A stretch of DNA of 64,000 nucleotides from Cenarchaeum sp. (GTDB lineage Archaea; Thermoproteota; Nitrososphaeria; Nitrososphaerales; Nitrosopumilaceae), in NCBI GenBank assembly GCA_963693095.2, contig OY843768.1:928001-992000 (forward strand), in the 5' to 3' direction. Within the stretch, counting starts at the first letter, position 1; the number at the start of each line of letters is the position of its first letter. Shown piece after piece: positions 31,101 to 40,074 of the stretch. The position numbers and the translations under genes were made by a program. The notes beneath the pieces are model-generated. The model was not told the DNA's origin and did not search any database. It saw only the letters and a program-made list of their open reading frames with translations.

Positions 31101-31351
31101 TATCGACGTCACGTACTCGGCGTTTACCGGAAGGAGGTACACGCGATCCGCAAAGCGCGTGTCAGTCTGTATGGTCGCCACGTTTGGGTTGACAAGGACG
31201 CTCTTTACGCCCTCCTCCCTGATCGCCTTTAGGCACTGGCTTCCGGAGTAGTCGAATTGGCGGCCGTTTTGCGGCTCTCGCCGGCTTCTCCGATCTTTAT
31301 TGCCCCGCTTCCGAGGACCAGTATCTTTCGCGGCGTCTCTCGCCTAGCCAG
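28074..31351 (-). CDS. carB: Carbamoyl-phosphate synthase large subunit, in two exons (31351-31277 and 31256-28074), predicted 1085 aa
   Basis: Exon 1 gives KILVLGSGAIKIGEAGE; exon 2 gives FDYSGSQCLKAI...NPNVATIQTD, two ATP-grasp domains and the MGS domain; the two frames are separated by a 20-nt insert. Confidence 0.93.
31257..31276 (-). other. Candidate 20-nt BHB/BHL-type intron in carB pre-mRNA
   Basis: RNA reads GGCG-AG^A-GCCG-CAAAA-CGGC-CGCC-AA^U: 4-bp central helix, 3-nt bulge, 4-bp hairpin; cuts after the second bulge nucleotide give GGC GAG|UUC GAC. Confidence 0.8.
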
Positions 31352-32489
31352 GTGTTACCTCCCCCATAAGGCGCGAGAGTTCGTCAAAGACAAAACCGCA
31401 GTCATAGGGTCCCGGTGACGCCTCGGGGTGAAACTGCACCGCAATGCATTTTCCTCCCGAGTGCCTGATGCCCTCAACGGTCTTGTCATCGGTATTGGTG
31501 AACCACAGGTCAAACTCCGAGCCCTCCAGCGACTCGGGATCTATGCAGTATCCGTGGTTTTGGCTCGTGACGTACACGTTGCCCGTGTTCACGTCAAGGC
31601 ACGGCTTGTTCTGCCCACGGTGGCCGTACCTCATCTTGTACGTGCTCGCGCCGCCGGCCAGCGCTATAATCTGGGCGCCAAGGCATATGCCAAGCGTCGG
31701 TATTCCACGCGAGACGAGTTCGCGAACCGCATCAACTGCCTGTGGACAGTGCTGCGGGTCGCCCGGACCGTTGCTTATTATCACGCCGGCCGGATCGTGC
31801 TCCAGTATGCGCGATGCCGGCGTGTCCCATGGCACGACGACTGCGCGAAAGCCCATGCGGCAGACATTGCGCAGTATGGCGTTCTTTACTCCCGTGTCAA
31901 CGATGACGACTGTCCGGCCCTTGCCGTATGAGACCTCGCGTGTCGTGGAGACTGACTCGACGAGCCGCTCAGACGCATAGTCGTGGCCCCCGATGGAGCG
32001 CAGGACGGCCTGCGTGTCTATCTCCGAGTCAGACACGCAGACTGCTGCCATCGTCGAGCCAGCAGACCTGAGCGTCTTTGTGAGCTCTCGCGTGTCGATG
32101 CCGGCGATGCCCTGCACGCCCTCGCGGCTAAGCCACTCATCAAGCGTGGAGACGAGGCTCCGGTGGTTTGCGACGTGCGAGAGCTCGTGGATCACGAGCC
32201 CGCGCGCGTGTATCCTCGAGGACTCTACATTGAGGCGTATGCCGTTATCGTCGGCGGCCTCTGTGTCTGGCACGCCATAGTTGCCCACAAGCGGGTACGT
32301 TACGGTCACGAGCTGGCCACCATACGACGGATCCGTGAGCGTCTCGGTGTAGCCGACCATCCCCGTGTTAAAGACGAGCTCGCCGACGGCCGTGCCCGTG
32401 CTGCCAAAGCCCTCTCCGCGCATCACCGTGCCGTCCCCTAGCACTAGTGCCCCAAACTTGCCCGCATGCTGCGATCTTTTAGTAGGTAT
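31344..32489 (-). CDS. carA: Carbamoyl-phosphate synthase small subunit
   Basis: FNTGMVGYTETLTDPSY, SNGPGDP, GICLG, QFHPEASPGP; start uncertain (GTG 32444 or ATA 32489). Confidence 0.95.
   Translation of the reverse strand: MPTKRSQHAGKFGALVLGDGTVMRGEGFGSTGTAVGELVFNTGMVGYTETLTDPSYGGQLVTVTYPLVGNYGVPDTEAADDNGIRLNVESSRIHARGLVIHELSHVANHRSLVSTLDEWLSREGVQGIAGIDTRELTKTLRSAGSTMAAVCVSDSEIDTQAVLRSIGGHDYASERLVESVSTTREVSYGKGRTVVIVDTGVKNAILRNVCRMGFRAVVVPWDTPASRILEHDPAGVIISNGPGDPQHCPQAVDAVRELVSRGIPTLGICLGAQIIALAGGASTYKMRYGHRGQNKPCLDVNTGNVYVTSQNHGYCIDPESLEGSEFDLWFTNTDDKTVEGIRHSGGKCIAVQFHPEASPGPYDCGFVFDELSRLMGEVTPG
31357..31362 (-). promoter_or_regulatory. Shine-Dalgarno-like GGAGGT upstream of the carB CTG start
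   Basis: Minus strand reads GGAGGT-AACAC-CTG GCT AGG; in-frame TAA two codons upstream of the CTG. Confidence 0.65.
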
Positions 32490-32741
32490 CTTTGACCCTC
32501 AACGGCGCGCCGACGGCGCGGATTTAAATTTTATGAGGAAATTGGGGCGAAAATCAGGCCATGTGGGCCTGTCCGGCAGGCATGGCCAGGATCGCCACGC
32601 GTGCCCTTGCGCAGGGCCAGAATCGCGAGTCCAGGCCACGGGGGCAGTCAGACCGGGTCCCGGCGCGGCCGTGCGCCAGGGGCCGACGCGTGCGGTGGTG
32701 TCCGGATGCGCCCCCTGCAGGGTGCCGCACGAGACTCCCGC

Positions 32742-33935
32742 CTAGAGCGCCCCGAACTGCTCGGACCACTTTTGGTACGCGCGGACCATCTCGGAGGAGA
32801 CGCTGGGCTTTCTCTGGGCCATGACCTCCTTAAAGTCGGCCATCGTGATGTCCTTTGGCTGCTGCGGCGACTCTCCCTCAACGGGCTCCTTGTATCCGGG
32901 GGAGCCTAGGAGGTCATGGACCACCTTTAGCTGCACGCTCTGGCACGCGTCCTTTATGTCGCTCGCGCTATACCTGTCAAAGAGCTTTGCGAGCATTGCG
33001 CTTCGCACGCGCACGTCCTTGTGGAGCGGCGCGGTATAGAGGTCAAAGAGGTTCTTGCGCGCCTCAAGGGACGGCAGTGATATGTTGATCCTCTTTTGGA
33101 ACCTGCGCAGGAACGCGTCATCGAGGCTCCACGGCTTGTTCGTCGCGCCGATGACGTACATCTTTATGTTCTTGCCCTTGCCGCTGACGCCGTCCATCTC
33201 GGTGAGGAACTGGTTTTTGGTGCGAACCTCCCCGCCTATCTCGCTGTTGCGCGAGCCCAGGAGCGAGTCGACCTCGTCGATGAACAGTATGACTGGCTTT
33301 CCCTCGCGCTCGGCGAGCCCGCGCGCCATCGTAAAGAGCTGCGAGACGTTCTTTTCGGCCTCGCCTAGCCACTTGCTCATTATCGACGATGCATCCACGC
33401 TGATAAAGTACCCGTCAAGCTCGCTTGCCGTGGCCGCTGCCAGTATTGTCTTGCCGCATCCCGGAGGGCCATACAAGAGTATGCCGCGCGGCCATCCCAG
33501 CGGAAACAGGTCGGGCCGCTTTGTTGGATAGACTATGGACTCGCGCAGCGCGTTCTTTGCTGTCTCGAGGCCGATGACCTCGTCCCACTTTACGTTGGGC
33601 TTTTCGCGTATGATGAGCTCGTCAAACGAGTTGGATGCGCGCTGGCCATCGAGTGACTTTTTTTGCTCTTCGGGCGTCTTTGAGGGGTCGATGACGGGTT
33701 CGGCGCCATGGGAGGACTGGAGAACCGTGATTCTCTTCTTGTACGAGTCGACGCGCTCCTTGTAGAGCGTGGCGAGCTTGCATGCGGGATATAGGTGGAG
33801 TATCTGCAGGAGCGAGTCTATGGACTTTTGGTAGCTAGCCACTGCCATGCCACGCGCACCCTGGGAGTCAAACCTGAGCGCGTCTGTGGCATGCTTGCTC
33901 GCACTATCCTCAAGCTTTTGCGGTGCTAGGCTCAA
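32742..33935 (-). CDS. cdvC: CdvC/Vps4 AAA ATPase
   Basis: N-terminal MIT-like helices, GPPGCGKT, SKWLGEAEK, FIDEVD, ATNKPW, RRFQKRI. Confidence 0.9.
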   Translation of the reverse strand: MSLAPQKLEDSASKHATDALRFDSQGARGMAVASYQKSIDSLLQILHLYPACKLATLYKERVDSYKKRITVLQSSHGAEPVIDPSKTPEEQKKSLDGQRASNSFDELIIREKPNVKWDEVIGLETAKNALRESIVYPTKRPDLFPLGWPRGILLYGPPGCGKTILAAATASELDGYFISVDASSIMSKWLGEAEKNVSQLFTMARGLAEREGKPVILFIDEVDSLLGSRNSEIGGEVRTKNQFLTEMDGVSGKGKNIKMYVIGATNKPWSLDDAFLRRFQKRINISLPSLEARKNLFDLYTAPLHKDVRVRSAMLAKLFDRYSASDIKDACQSVQLKVVHDLLGSPGYKEPVEGESPQQPKDITMADFKEVMAQRKPSVSSEMVRAYQKWSEQFGAL

Positions 33936-34068
33936 TGTTCCACGCTCGCCACGCTCACAGTGGGGGCACGAGTTGGTATTATCGTGTGTGAGTTATAGTC
34001 TGTGCCCGTGTTAAATTGTTTAAACCATGGCCATCAGGGGCGCCATTTCATAATCTCGCCCCAGCGCA

Positions 34069-34416
34069 TCAGGCGCCGGCCTGCGCGCCGCGCTGGCACT
34101 CCCTAATCCGCCCCACGGCGGCCTCGGCCATGGCTAGAAGCTCGGCGGCCTTGCCCTCTGCTAGTTCGGCCTCTGACGCTGCCTCCTCGGCTATGGAGAC
34201 GACCTCCTCGAGGGCAGCTACTGCCTTGCTGCCGGCCTCCTGCCTGTGAAGCGCGTGGCGCGCGACCTGCAGGACGCAGTCAAGATCCCGCAGCTCGTCA
34301 TCACTCAGGCCCGCTAGCGCATCACGCCCGTCGATGCGGCGCTCGCGCATGGCCGAGCTGACGCGCTCGCCGAGCTCGGCCACGCGTGATGCCGGCGTCT
34401 TGCGCGCTATGCCCAT
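34069..34416 (-). CDS. Hypothetical helical protein between the ESCRT-III-like gene and cdvC
   Basis: 115-aa Ala/Glu-rich helical ORF overlapping the upstream gene end. Confidence 0.55.
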   Translation of the reverse strand: MGIARKTPASRVAELGERVSSAMRERRIDGRDALAGLSDDELRDLDCVLQVARHALHRQEAGSKAVAALEEVVSIAEEAASEAELAEGKAAELLAMAEAAVGRIRECQRGAQAGA

Positions 34417-34964
34417 GCGCCGCCCAGCGCTGCAGGATCTAGTTTAGGGTAACGCTTGCAGAGTTTAGAGTCAACGATCAGCTTTGCGCCCTCTAGGGCG
34501 CGCGCGGCCTCCCGTGCGCATGCCCCATAATCGGCCCTGGTTCCGGCCATGAGGGCCGCGTCGATGGCCACGCTTCCAAGCGTGCCGGCCGCCTCGCCCA
34601 GTGTCAGCGCGCACGCCGGGGCAGGCTCATGGGCCTGCGAGCCGGCGGCGCGAACCATCGATATTGCCACCGGAAGGCCCACGGCGAGGCCATGCAGGCC
34701 GCCTGCGCTGCGAATCAGCTCCAGGGCGCCACGCGTAGAGCCGGCAGCGATGAGCAGCGAGCGCTCGGAGCGAACGCGCGCGACTAGCGCGTGATCCGCC
34801 CCATCTGGGCGCGCGCGGGCGCATGAGGCACTGCCGGCCATGGACTCGAGCTCTGCGCACGCGCGCTCTAGAAGCGAGACTGCGCACGCGATCCTTGGCG
34901 TGAGCGTCGCGCCCTGGGCGGCCACTGCCACCGTAAGGGCATCCCGTGTCCTCGTGCGTGCCAT
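34407..34964 (-). CDS. Divergent ESCRT-III/CdvB-like protein
   Basis: All-helical; LPVAISMVR and C-terminal EAARALEGAKLIVDSKLCKRYPKL resemble CdvB paralogs; upstream of cdvC. Confidence 0.5.
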   Translation of the reverse strand: MARTRTRDALTVAVAAQGATLTPRIACAVSLLERACAELESMAGSASCARARPDGADHALVARVRSERSLLIAAGSTRGALELIRSAGGLHGLAVGLPVAISMVRAAGSQAHEPAPACALTLGEAAGTLGSVAIDAALMAGTRADYGACAREAARALEGAKLIVDSKLCKRYPKLDPAALGGAWA

Positions 34965-35122
34965 ATACGCTGTGATGCAATCCGGGTATATCACGGCGCC
35001 GTTGCCGCATGGCGCGTAGCCACGGTGACGCCCACGGGGGTGACAGATCAGAGTATTTTTTGAGCAGCCGCGCAAAGGAAGTTGGCACGCACAATTACCA
35101 AAGGCGCACGTGAGGGGGACTC

Positions 35123-36313
35123 ATGGGAGACACCGAGAGCCTGGCAGCCGGCCTGGCCGAGTTTGGCCTGAGCCAGTACGAGGCCCGCGCATACGTCGCG
35201 CTCCTCGCCGAGGGGACCGCGACTGCCGGCGAGCTCGCATACAGGGCAGAGATACCGCGCACAAAGGTGTATCCCGTGATGCTTCGCCTCGAAAAGAAGG
35301 GCCTGGCCACGGTGGGGGGCAAAAAGCCCGTGACGTGCTCGGCGGTTCCGCCCGAGGAGTCCCTTGAGGGCTCGATCAAGACGCAGATAGACAAGGTCAA
35401 CTCGATGAACACGCTAGTCTCCGGACTCCGGTCCGTGAGTGATGGCGCAAGGCGCCTGCGCGGAACCGAGGAGCGCAAGTACTCCCATATCGGGCACGCA
35501 GGCGTGCTGGCCAGCGCACAAGAGATGGTCGGCGGGGCGTCATTATCAGTGCACGCAGTTGTTGATGACGCCGGACTGGGCGTTATCGCCGAGTGCGCCG
35601 AGGCCGTCGTGGCCGCCATCCGCCGTGGCGCAGATGTCAGGATGGTCATAACGCCAGAGGCAATAGGAGCCGACCTGACGCAAAAGATCCCGCGCGGCGT
35701 CGAGGTTCGCATAGCGCGCTCGGGCCACAACTGCATGATCCTCGACGGTGCGGGAGTTCTTGTCCTCGGCGGGGACGCCGGCCGCGCCGCCGCACTAGAG
35801 TCATCGCCCATAGTGGGCGCTGACCACGAGAGGGCATTTGAGATGCTGTGGGAGGACGCGATTCCGGCCGGACCACTCTTGTCACTGGGCAACGATGCGG
35901 CACAGGAGGCCTATCGCGCGATCGTCCTTGTCGGCAGGGCAGGCCTTGGCCATGCGCTCGGCTCGGCGATCACGCGCACAAGGGGCGGAATGGCAGCGCT
36001 TCTAGATGACAATGGCATAGACATGGGCGGGCGCAAGCTCGACGACGTGATATGCCTTGCCAACGCGGCGGTTCGCGCAACGTGCGACGGGCATGTCTCT
36101 GTTGACGAAAAGAGCGGGAGCATACTAGTCGAGTCAGGCCTGAACAGCGGCCACTCGCTTCCATGGGCCCGCATAATTGAGGGATACCTCGAGTCACACG
36201 GGGTCAAGACCAGGCTAGTCTACCAGGCCGGCGCGAGGCGCGGCGAGCGAGTCCACATAAAGATGGCCGGCGCTAAGCGCGGCGCGGCCAGTGGCCACAA
36301 GTCCGGCCAATAG
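35123..36313 (+). CDS. TrmB-family transcriptional regulator
   Basis: FGLSQYEARAYVALL...IPRTKVYPVMLRLEKKGL. Confidence 0.9.
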   Translation: MGDTESLAAGLAEFGLSQYEARAYVALLAEGTATAGELAYRAEIPRTKVYPVMLRLEKKGLATVGGKKPVTCSAVPPEESLEGSIKTQIDKVNSMNTLVSGLRSVSDGARRLRGTEERKYSHIGHAGVLASAQEMVGGASLSVHAVVDDAGLGVIAECAEAVVAAIRRGADVRMVITPEAIGADLTQKIPRGVEVRIARSGHNCMILDGAGVLVLGGDAGRAAALESSPIVGADHERAFEMLWEDAIPAGPLLSLGNDAAQEAYRAIVLVGRAGLGHALGSAITRTRGGMAALLDDNGIDMGGRKLDDVICLANAAVRATCDGHVSVDEKSGSILVESGLNSGHSLPWARIIEGYLESHGVKTRLVYQAGARRGERVHIKMAGAKRGAASGHKSGQ

Positions 36314-36394
36314 CGCAAGGCGCTGCCATCCACCATACTGCCATGCCAGCCGGCCAGTATCGCCTGCGAGAAGGGCAGCGCACCGTGCCGATCT

Positions 36395-36500
36395 CGTGCC
36401 GCCATCGTCACCGGCCACGGCCACAATGTCCGGCTTTACGTCCCTTAGGATCCACGATGGTTCCCTCGATGATCAGCGTGCCATACCCATGACGTCATGC
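36395..36500 (-). pseudogene. Frameshifted duplicate fragment of the adjacent PD-(D/E)XK gene
   Basis: Reads GYGTLIIEGTI / RDVKPDIVAVAGDDGG versus GYVVRVIEGTI..RSIKPDIVAVAVDDDGG; shares CGGCCACGGCCACAATGTCCGGCTT with about 37123-37147. Confidence 0.7.
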
Positions 36501-36515
36501 ACCCCAAACTCCGCA

Positions 36516-37292
36516 TCATGCCGCCCCGCGCAACCCCGCGGCCCCAATGGCCTTCCAGAGCGTGCCGTTGCGCTCGCACCTCGTAATGCTACGCTTGATC
36601 TTGCCGGCAAGCTCGCGCCTGTGCTTTGGGAAGATGGTGTCGTGCGACTTGTGTGTAAGCCTTAGAAACTCCTCGGCAAACTGGAGGTTGGTCATGTGCA
36701 TCCCCACCCTGTCCGGATGGCGCCGAAAGTACCTGACTATTTGCGGGAGAACCACACGGTCGACATCCTCGTCGCTGCTGTGGACCGAGAACGCATAGCG
36801 CGCGTGGGGGCCACCGAACCCTGTGAGAGGCACGCCATCACGCAGCGTCGAGTTCAAGCCGTCTTCCCCAAAGTCGCCCACACCGTAAACAGAGTCGGTC
36901 CTGAACACGAGTAGCGGAAGCCTCGTGTGCCTGCGCACCCTGACCTCGTGCTCGGCGTTTATGGCGTACGCGACGGTGTGGGAGGTCAGCCTCGGCGATG
37001 CGCCGACTAGTGTCTGAACCTGCTCTAGCGTCAGTCTCGCATACGCGGCATCCTGTGCGGTGTCTATGTTGGGTCCAGCCTTGCATTCGATGACCAGCGC
37101 GTGGGCGCCGCCGTCGTCGTCCACGGCCACGGCCACAATGTCCGGCTTGATGCTCCTCCAGGAATTCTCAATGGTGCCCTCGATAACCCGTACGACATAC
37201 CCAAGCTTGCGCAGAGGTCTGGGCCAGTCATCATAACTGTCCGAAGCGAACAGGCTCAACACCATGTTCAGGATCCACGTGTGCCTATCCAC
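36516..37292 (-). CDS. Putative PD-(D/E)XK nuclease-fold protein
   Basis: E...KPDIVAV...LVIECK motif. Confidence 0.6.
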   Translation of the reverse strand: MDRHTWILNMVLSLFASDSYDDWPRPLRKLGYVVRVIEGTIENSWRSIKPDIVAVAVDDDGGAHALVIECKAGPNIDTAQDAAYARLTLEQVQTLVGASPRLTSHTVAYAINAEHEVRVRRHTRLPLLVFRTDSVYGVGDFGEDGLNSTLRDGVPLTGFGGPHARYAFSVHSSDEDVDRVVLPQIVRYFRRHPDRVGMHMTNLQFAEEFLRLTHKSHDTIFPKHRRELAGKIKRSITRCERNGTLWKAIGAAGLRGAA

Positions 37293-38346
37293 TGCACCTT
37301 CCTGTGGTCAACTCTACGCAGGTCGCGCCTGCGTCATGGTGCATCTGCACCCTTGCCAGCAGCCAGAGCGTGGCGCTGGCGGGGTACTCTTTTCTTAGCG
37401 TGACTAGGAGCCGCGGGGGAAGCCCTCGCTTGGTCGCGATCGCCGTGTCCATCGTTGTCGCGCTCTCCAGGTCGAGGGCGGGAATGACGCCATAATAGCC
37501 GTCACCCCCGTCGATGTGCTTTTTCAGAATGCGCGGGAGCCAGGCGTTCCCGAACACAACGTCCACGCACCACTGCATATCCTCGATCTCGTGCGAGAAC
37601 TCGATCGAGATCCCGCCGCCAATGTCGTGGTCATCCCCGCTTATGTTGAATCCCGTACTGCACTCCTCGATCACGGCGGCCATCTGCGCGTACGCCCCCC
37701 TCATCGCGTCGGCGAGGCGCATGTGCGACTCCACGGATGTCCCGCGCCTGGCCGCAATCCACCCGTCGCAGTCTGCGTCGACCTCGGCAAAGTCGGCGCC
37801 ATCGTCTGCGTGCACCGCGCGGATCGTTCCCAGGACCGTGCGCCCCCCTGCCATGCGCGTGGACTGGCGCCTCGCGCCGTTGTGCCCGTTGCCGCCACGA
37901 CGCCACGCGCCGACGCACGCGCCTAGTGCGCGCGGCCCTATCCACGCGCGGTTTACCGGAGTCGTGTTGACGAGGAGCGCCATGGCGTGGTCTGCGACCC
38001 TGTCAGTCGCCATCACATGCACGAAACAGAACCTTCCGGCGCGCCTGTCAAGGTACAGATCACAGTCCGGCACAAGTTTTGGGCCGTTGTGGCACCGCGG
38101 CGCCAGCCCGCCGAGGTCGCGCGGGGTCAGCACGGTCAAGCCGGCCACGCCGGTACGCGCCTCATCCCACCTTATGCCTGGCCATCGGCTCACCGGTACG
38201 CACGCGTCGTCGAGGTCGGCGACGAACGTCTTTAGGCCCATCGTCGGGACAGTCGAGTCCGCACCGGCGCGCATCATGGAGCGCAGCGTCCCGTCGAGCT
38301 CTGCGCTACTGCGCACCGACGCGAGCCTTGGCACGGCGACCTGCAT
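37285..38346 (-). CDS. Hypothetical protein, coupled to the PD-(D/E)XK gene
   Basis: Long ORF overlapping the next gene by 8 nt; no recognised motif; start uncertain. Confidence 0.5.
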   Translation of the reverse strand: MQVAVPRLASVRSSAELDGTLRSMMRAGADSTVPTMGLKTFVADLDDACVPVSRWPGIRWDEARTGVAGLTVLTPRDLGGLAPRCHNGPKLVPDCDLYLDRRAGRFCFVHVMATDRVADHAMALLVNTTPVNRAWIGPRALGACVGAWRRGGNGHNGARRQSTRMAGGRTVLGTIRAVHADDGADFAEVDADCDGWIAARRGTSVESHMRLADAMRGAYAQMAAVIEECSTGFNISGDDHDIGGGISIEFSHEIEDMQWCVDVVFGNAWLPRILKKHIDGGDGYYGVIPALDLESATTMDTAIATKRGLPPRLLVTLRKEYPASATLWLLARVQMHHDAGATCVELTTGRCSG

Positions 38347-38556
38347 GGCGCGCCACATAGGGCGTGCCCAATATATGGATTGGCCCCACAGCAGGCGTGG
38401 GGTTGGCGCCCCCTGCCCACTTGGCAAACAGGCGCGACGATCCCTCCGGCCCACTCGGCCGTGGCGGCGCCTGCCCATTCATGGGCGGGCAGGGCGCTGA
38501 CCTCGTATCCGGCTTTTGCGCAAGGGTTAAAATCAGTCACGCGGCGGGGCGATCCC

Positions 38557-39012
38557 GTGTCAGTCGAGGAGAGGCTTTCGTCATACCTGCTCGGTCCGCT
38601 GCCAAAGGCTCCCGTGCCGGCCGGCGCGTATACGCCAGTCGCACTCGCCGGCAAGCTCGCCTTTGTCTCGGGGCAGATACCCATAAGCGACGGGAGCATT
38701 CGCTACAGGGGTACAGTCAGTGCCGACAATGTGGCCGAGGGTCGCGAGTCTGCGCGCCTTTGTGCGCTCAACGTGCTCTCGCAGCTAAAGGCAAAGCTCG
38801 GATCCCTCGATCGCGTCTCAAATGTCGTTCGCATTACCGGATACGTCAACTCGGGTCCCGGATTCACAGACCAGCCCACAGTCATGGATGGCGCATCAGA
38901 GATGATCGCCGCTGCCTTTGGCCCAAAGAACCACGCGCGCGTCGCAATAGGCGTCTCATCGCTGCCGATGAACGCAATGACCGAGGTGGACGCGATAGCC
39001 GAGCTGGCCTAG
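38557..39012 (+). CDS. RidA/YjgF family protein
   Basis: GAYTPV, FVSGQIP, GYVNS..FTDQP, HARVAIGV. Confidence 0.9.
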   Translation: MSVEERLSSYLLGPLPKAPVPAGAYTPVALAGKLAFVSGQIPISDGSIRYRGTVSADNVAEGRESARLCALNVLSQLKAKLGSLDRVSNVVRITGYVNSGPGFTDQPTVMDGASEMIAAAFGPKNHARVAIGVSSLPMNAMTEVDAIAELA

Positions 39013-40022
39013 TCCAGGCGCCTGTTGAGCTCGCGCAGAAACGCCCTGATCTTCGGTTCGGGCACGAGCGCGCCACACGCCTTGCTGTGTCCCCCGCCTG
39101 AGCCGCCAAGCTCCGTGGAGAGCGAGTTTACAATCCTGCCAAGATGGACCTTGCACGCCTTGGAGCCCCTGACTGAGACGGCGCATGTGCCATGTGAAGG
39201 CCGGCGACGGAATGCGACGCCGACTGTCTTGCCCGAGAGGCCAAGGGCAAAGTTCACCGCCCCGCCGGCTCCCGAGTCAGTCGTCTCGACATATCCAATG
39301 TTCTTCATCCGCTTGAGGTTTCGCCGCACGCCAGACATGACATCGGCAAGCTTTGAGGCGCCGAGGCGAGCCTGCTCATAGGCGCCATCCATGTCGTGCG
39401 GAAAGCGCGAGGCGGCTAGTGCGGTGACTATTTTCTGCAGGTATTCAGGATCCTTTTGCCGGCTCACGATATTGTACGTCAGGACAGTTGCGCTCACGAG
39501 CGCAAACTGCCTGTCATATGTCTGCAGCAGGCGGGCGCCCATTGGCCTGTCCTCCATATAGTCAGTGATGGCCGCGCATGCGGCAACAAAGCGCGCGTGC
39601 TCAGAAAGGCGGCGCGAGAACGTCTGGTACACTAGCACGCTGGCGCACTCGCCGACATCGTGGACCATGGTGATGCCGGCGGCGACTAGCTTTCTGCGCA
39701 CCGATGGCGCAATGTCATGGTGGTCGATATACGTGACCTGGACGCGCCTCTTGCGAAGCGCGCGAAGCTCATCTACAAAGGCGTCCTGGTTTCGCTTGCT
39801 GAGCCCAAGATCGCAGATAAAGAGGCGCTTTAGCGCCATGTCCGAGGCGATCTCGGCGAGTGCCTCCATCTGGCCAGGATAGTCCACGAGGACGGTGCTT
39901 CCGCCAAAGGCCTCGCGTATCAGGGCAGCCGCACTGATCCCGTCTGCATCCTCCCTGTGCGAGAGGCAGACAATCTTTGTCTTTGCCGGAGCGCGCCGAC
40001 GCGGCGCTTTTGTCGAGCCCAT
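39009..40022 (-). CDS. DHH/DHHA1 phosphoesterase
   Basis: HREDADG, ICDLG, IDHH, SVRG, GGGHSKACG. Confidence 0.9.
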   Translation of the reverse strand: MGSTKAPRRRAPAKTKIVCLSHREDADGISAAALIREAFGGSTVLVDYPGQMEALAEIASDMALKRLFICDLGLSKRNQDAFVDELRALRKRRVQVTYIDHHDIAPSVRRKLVAAGITMVHDVGECASVLVYQTFSRRLSEHARFVAACAAITDYMEDRPMGARLLQTYDRQFALVSATVLTYNIVSRQKDPEYLQKIVTALAASRFPHDMDGAYEQARLGASKLADVMSGVRRNLKRMKNIGYVETTDSGAGGAVNFALGLSGKTVGVAFRRRPSHGTCAVSVRGSKACKVHLGRIVNSLSTELGGSGGGHSKACGALVPEPKIRAFLRELNRRLD

Positions 40023-40074
40023 TAGCGCAAGATGCGCAGATCGCCCAATTTAAACCACAAACGTCCGTGCCGCG

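Noticed and set aside
28074-31181. ORF-track call of CarB starting at GTG 31181, or carB as a simple pseudogene
   Set aside because: That start drops the conserved first 50 residues, which are present upstream. The only lesion is the structured 20-nt insert.
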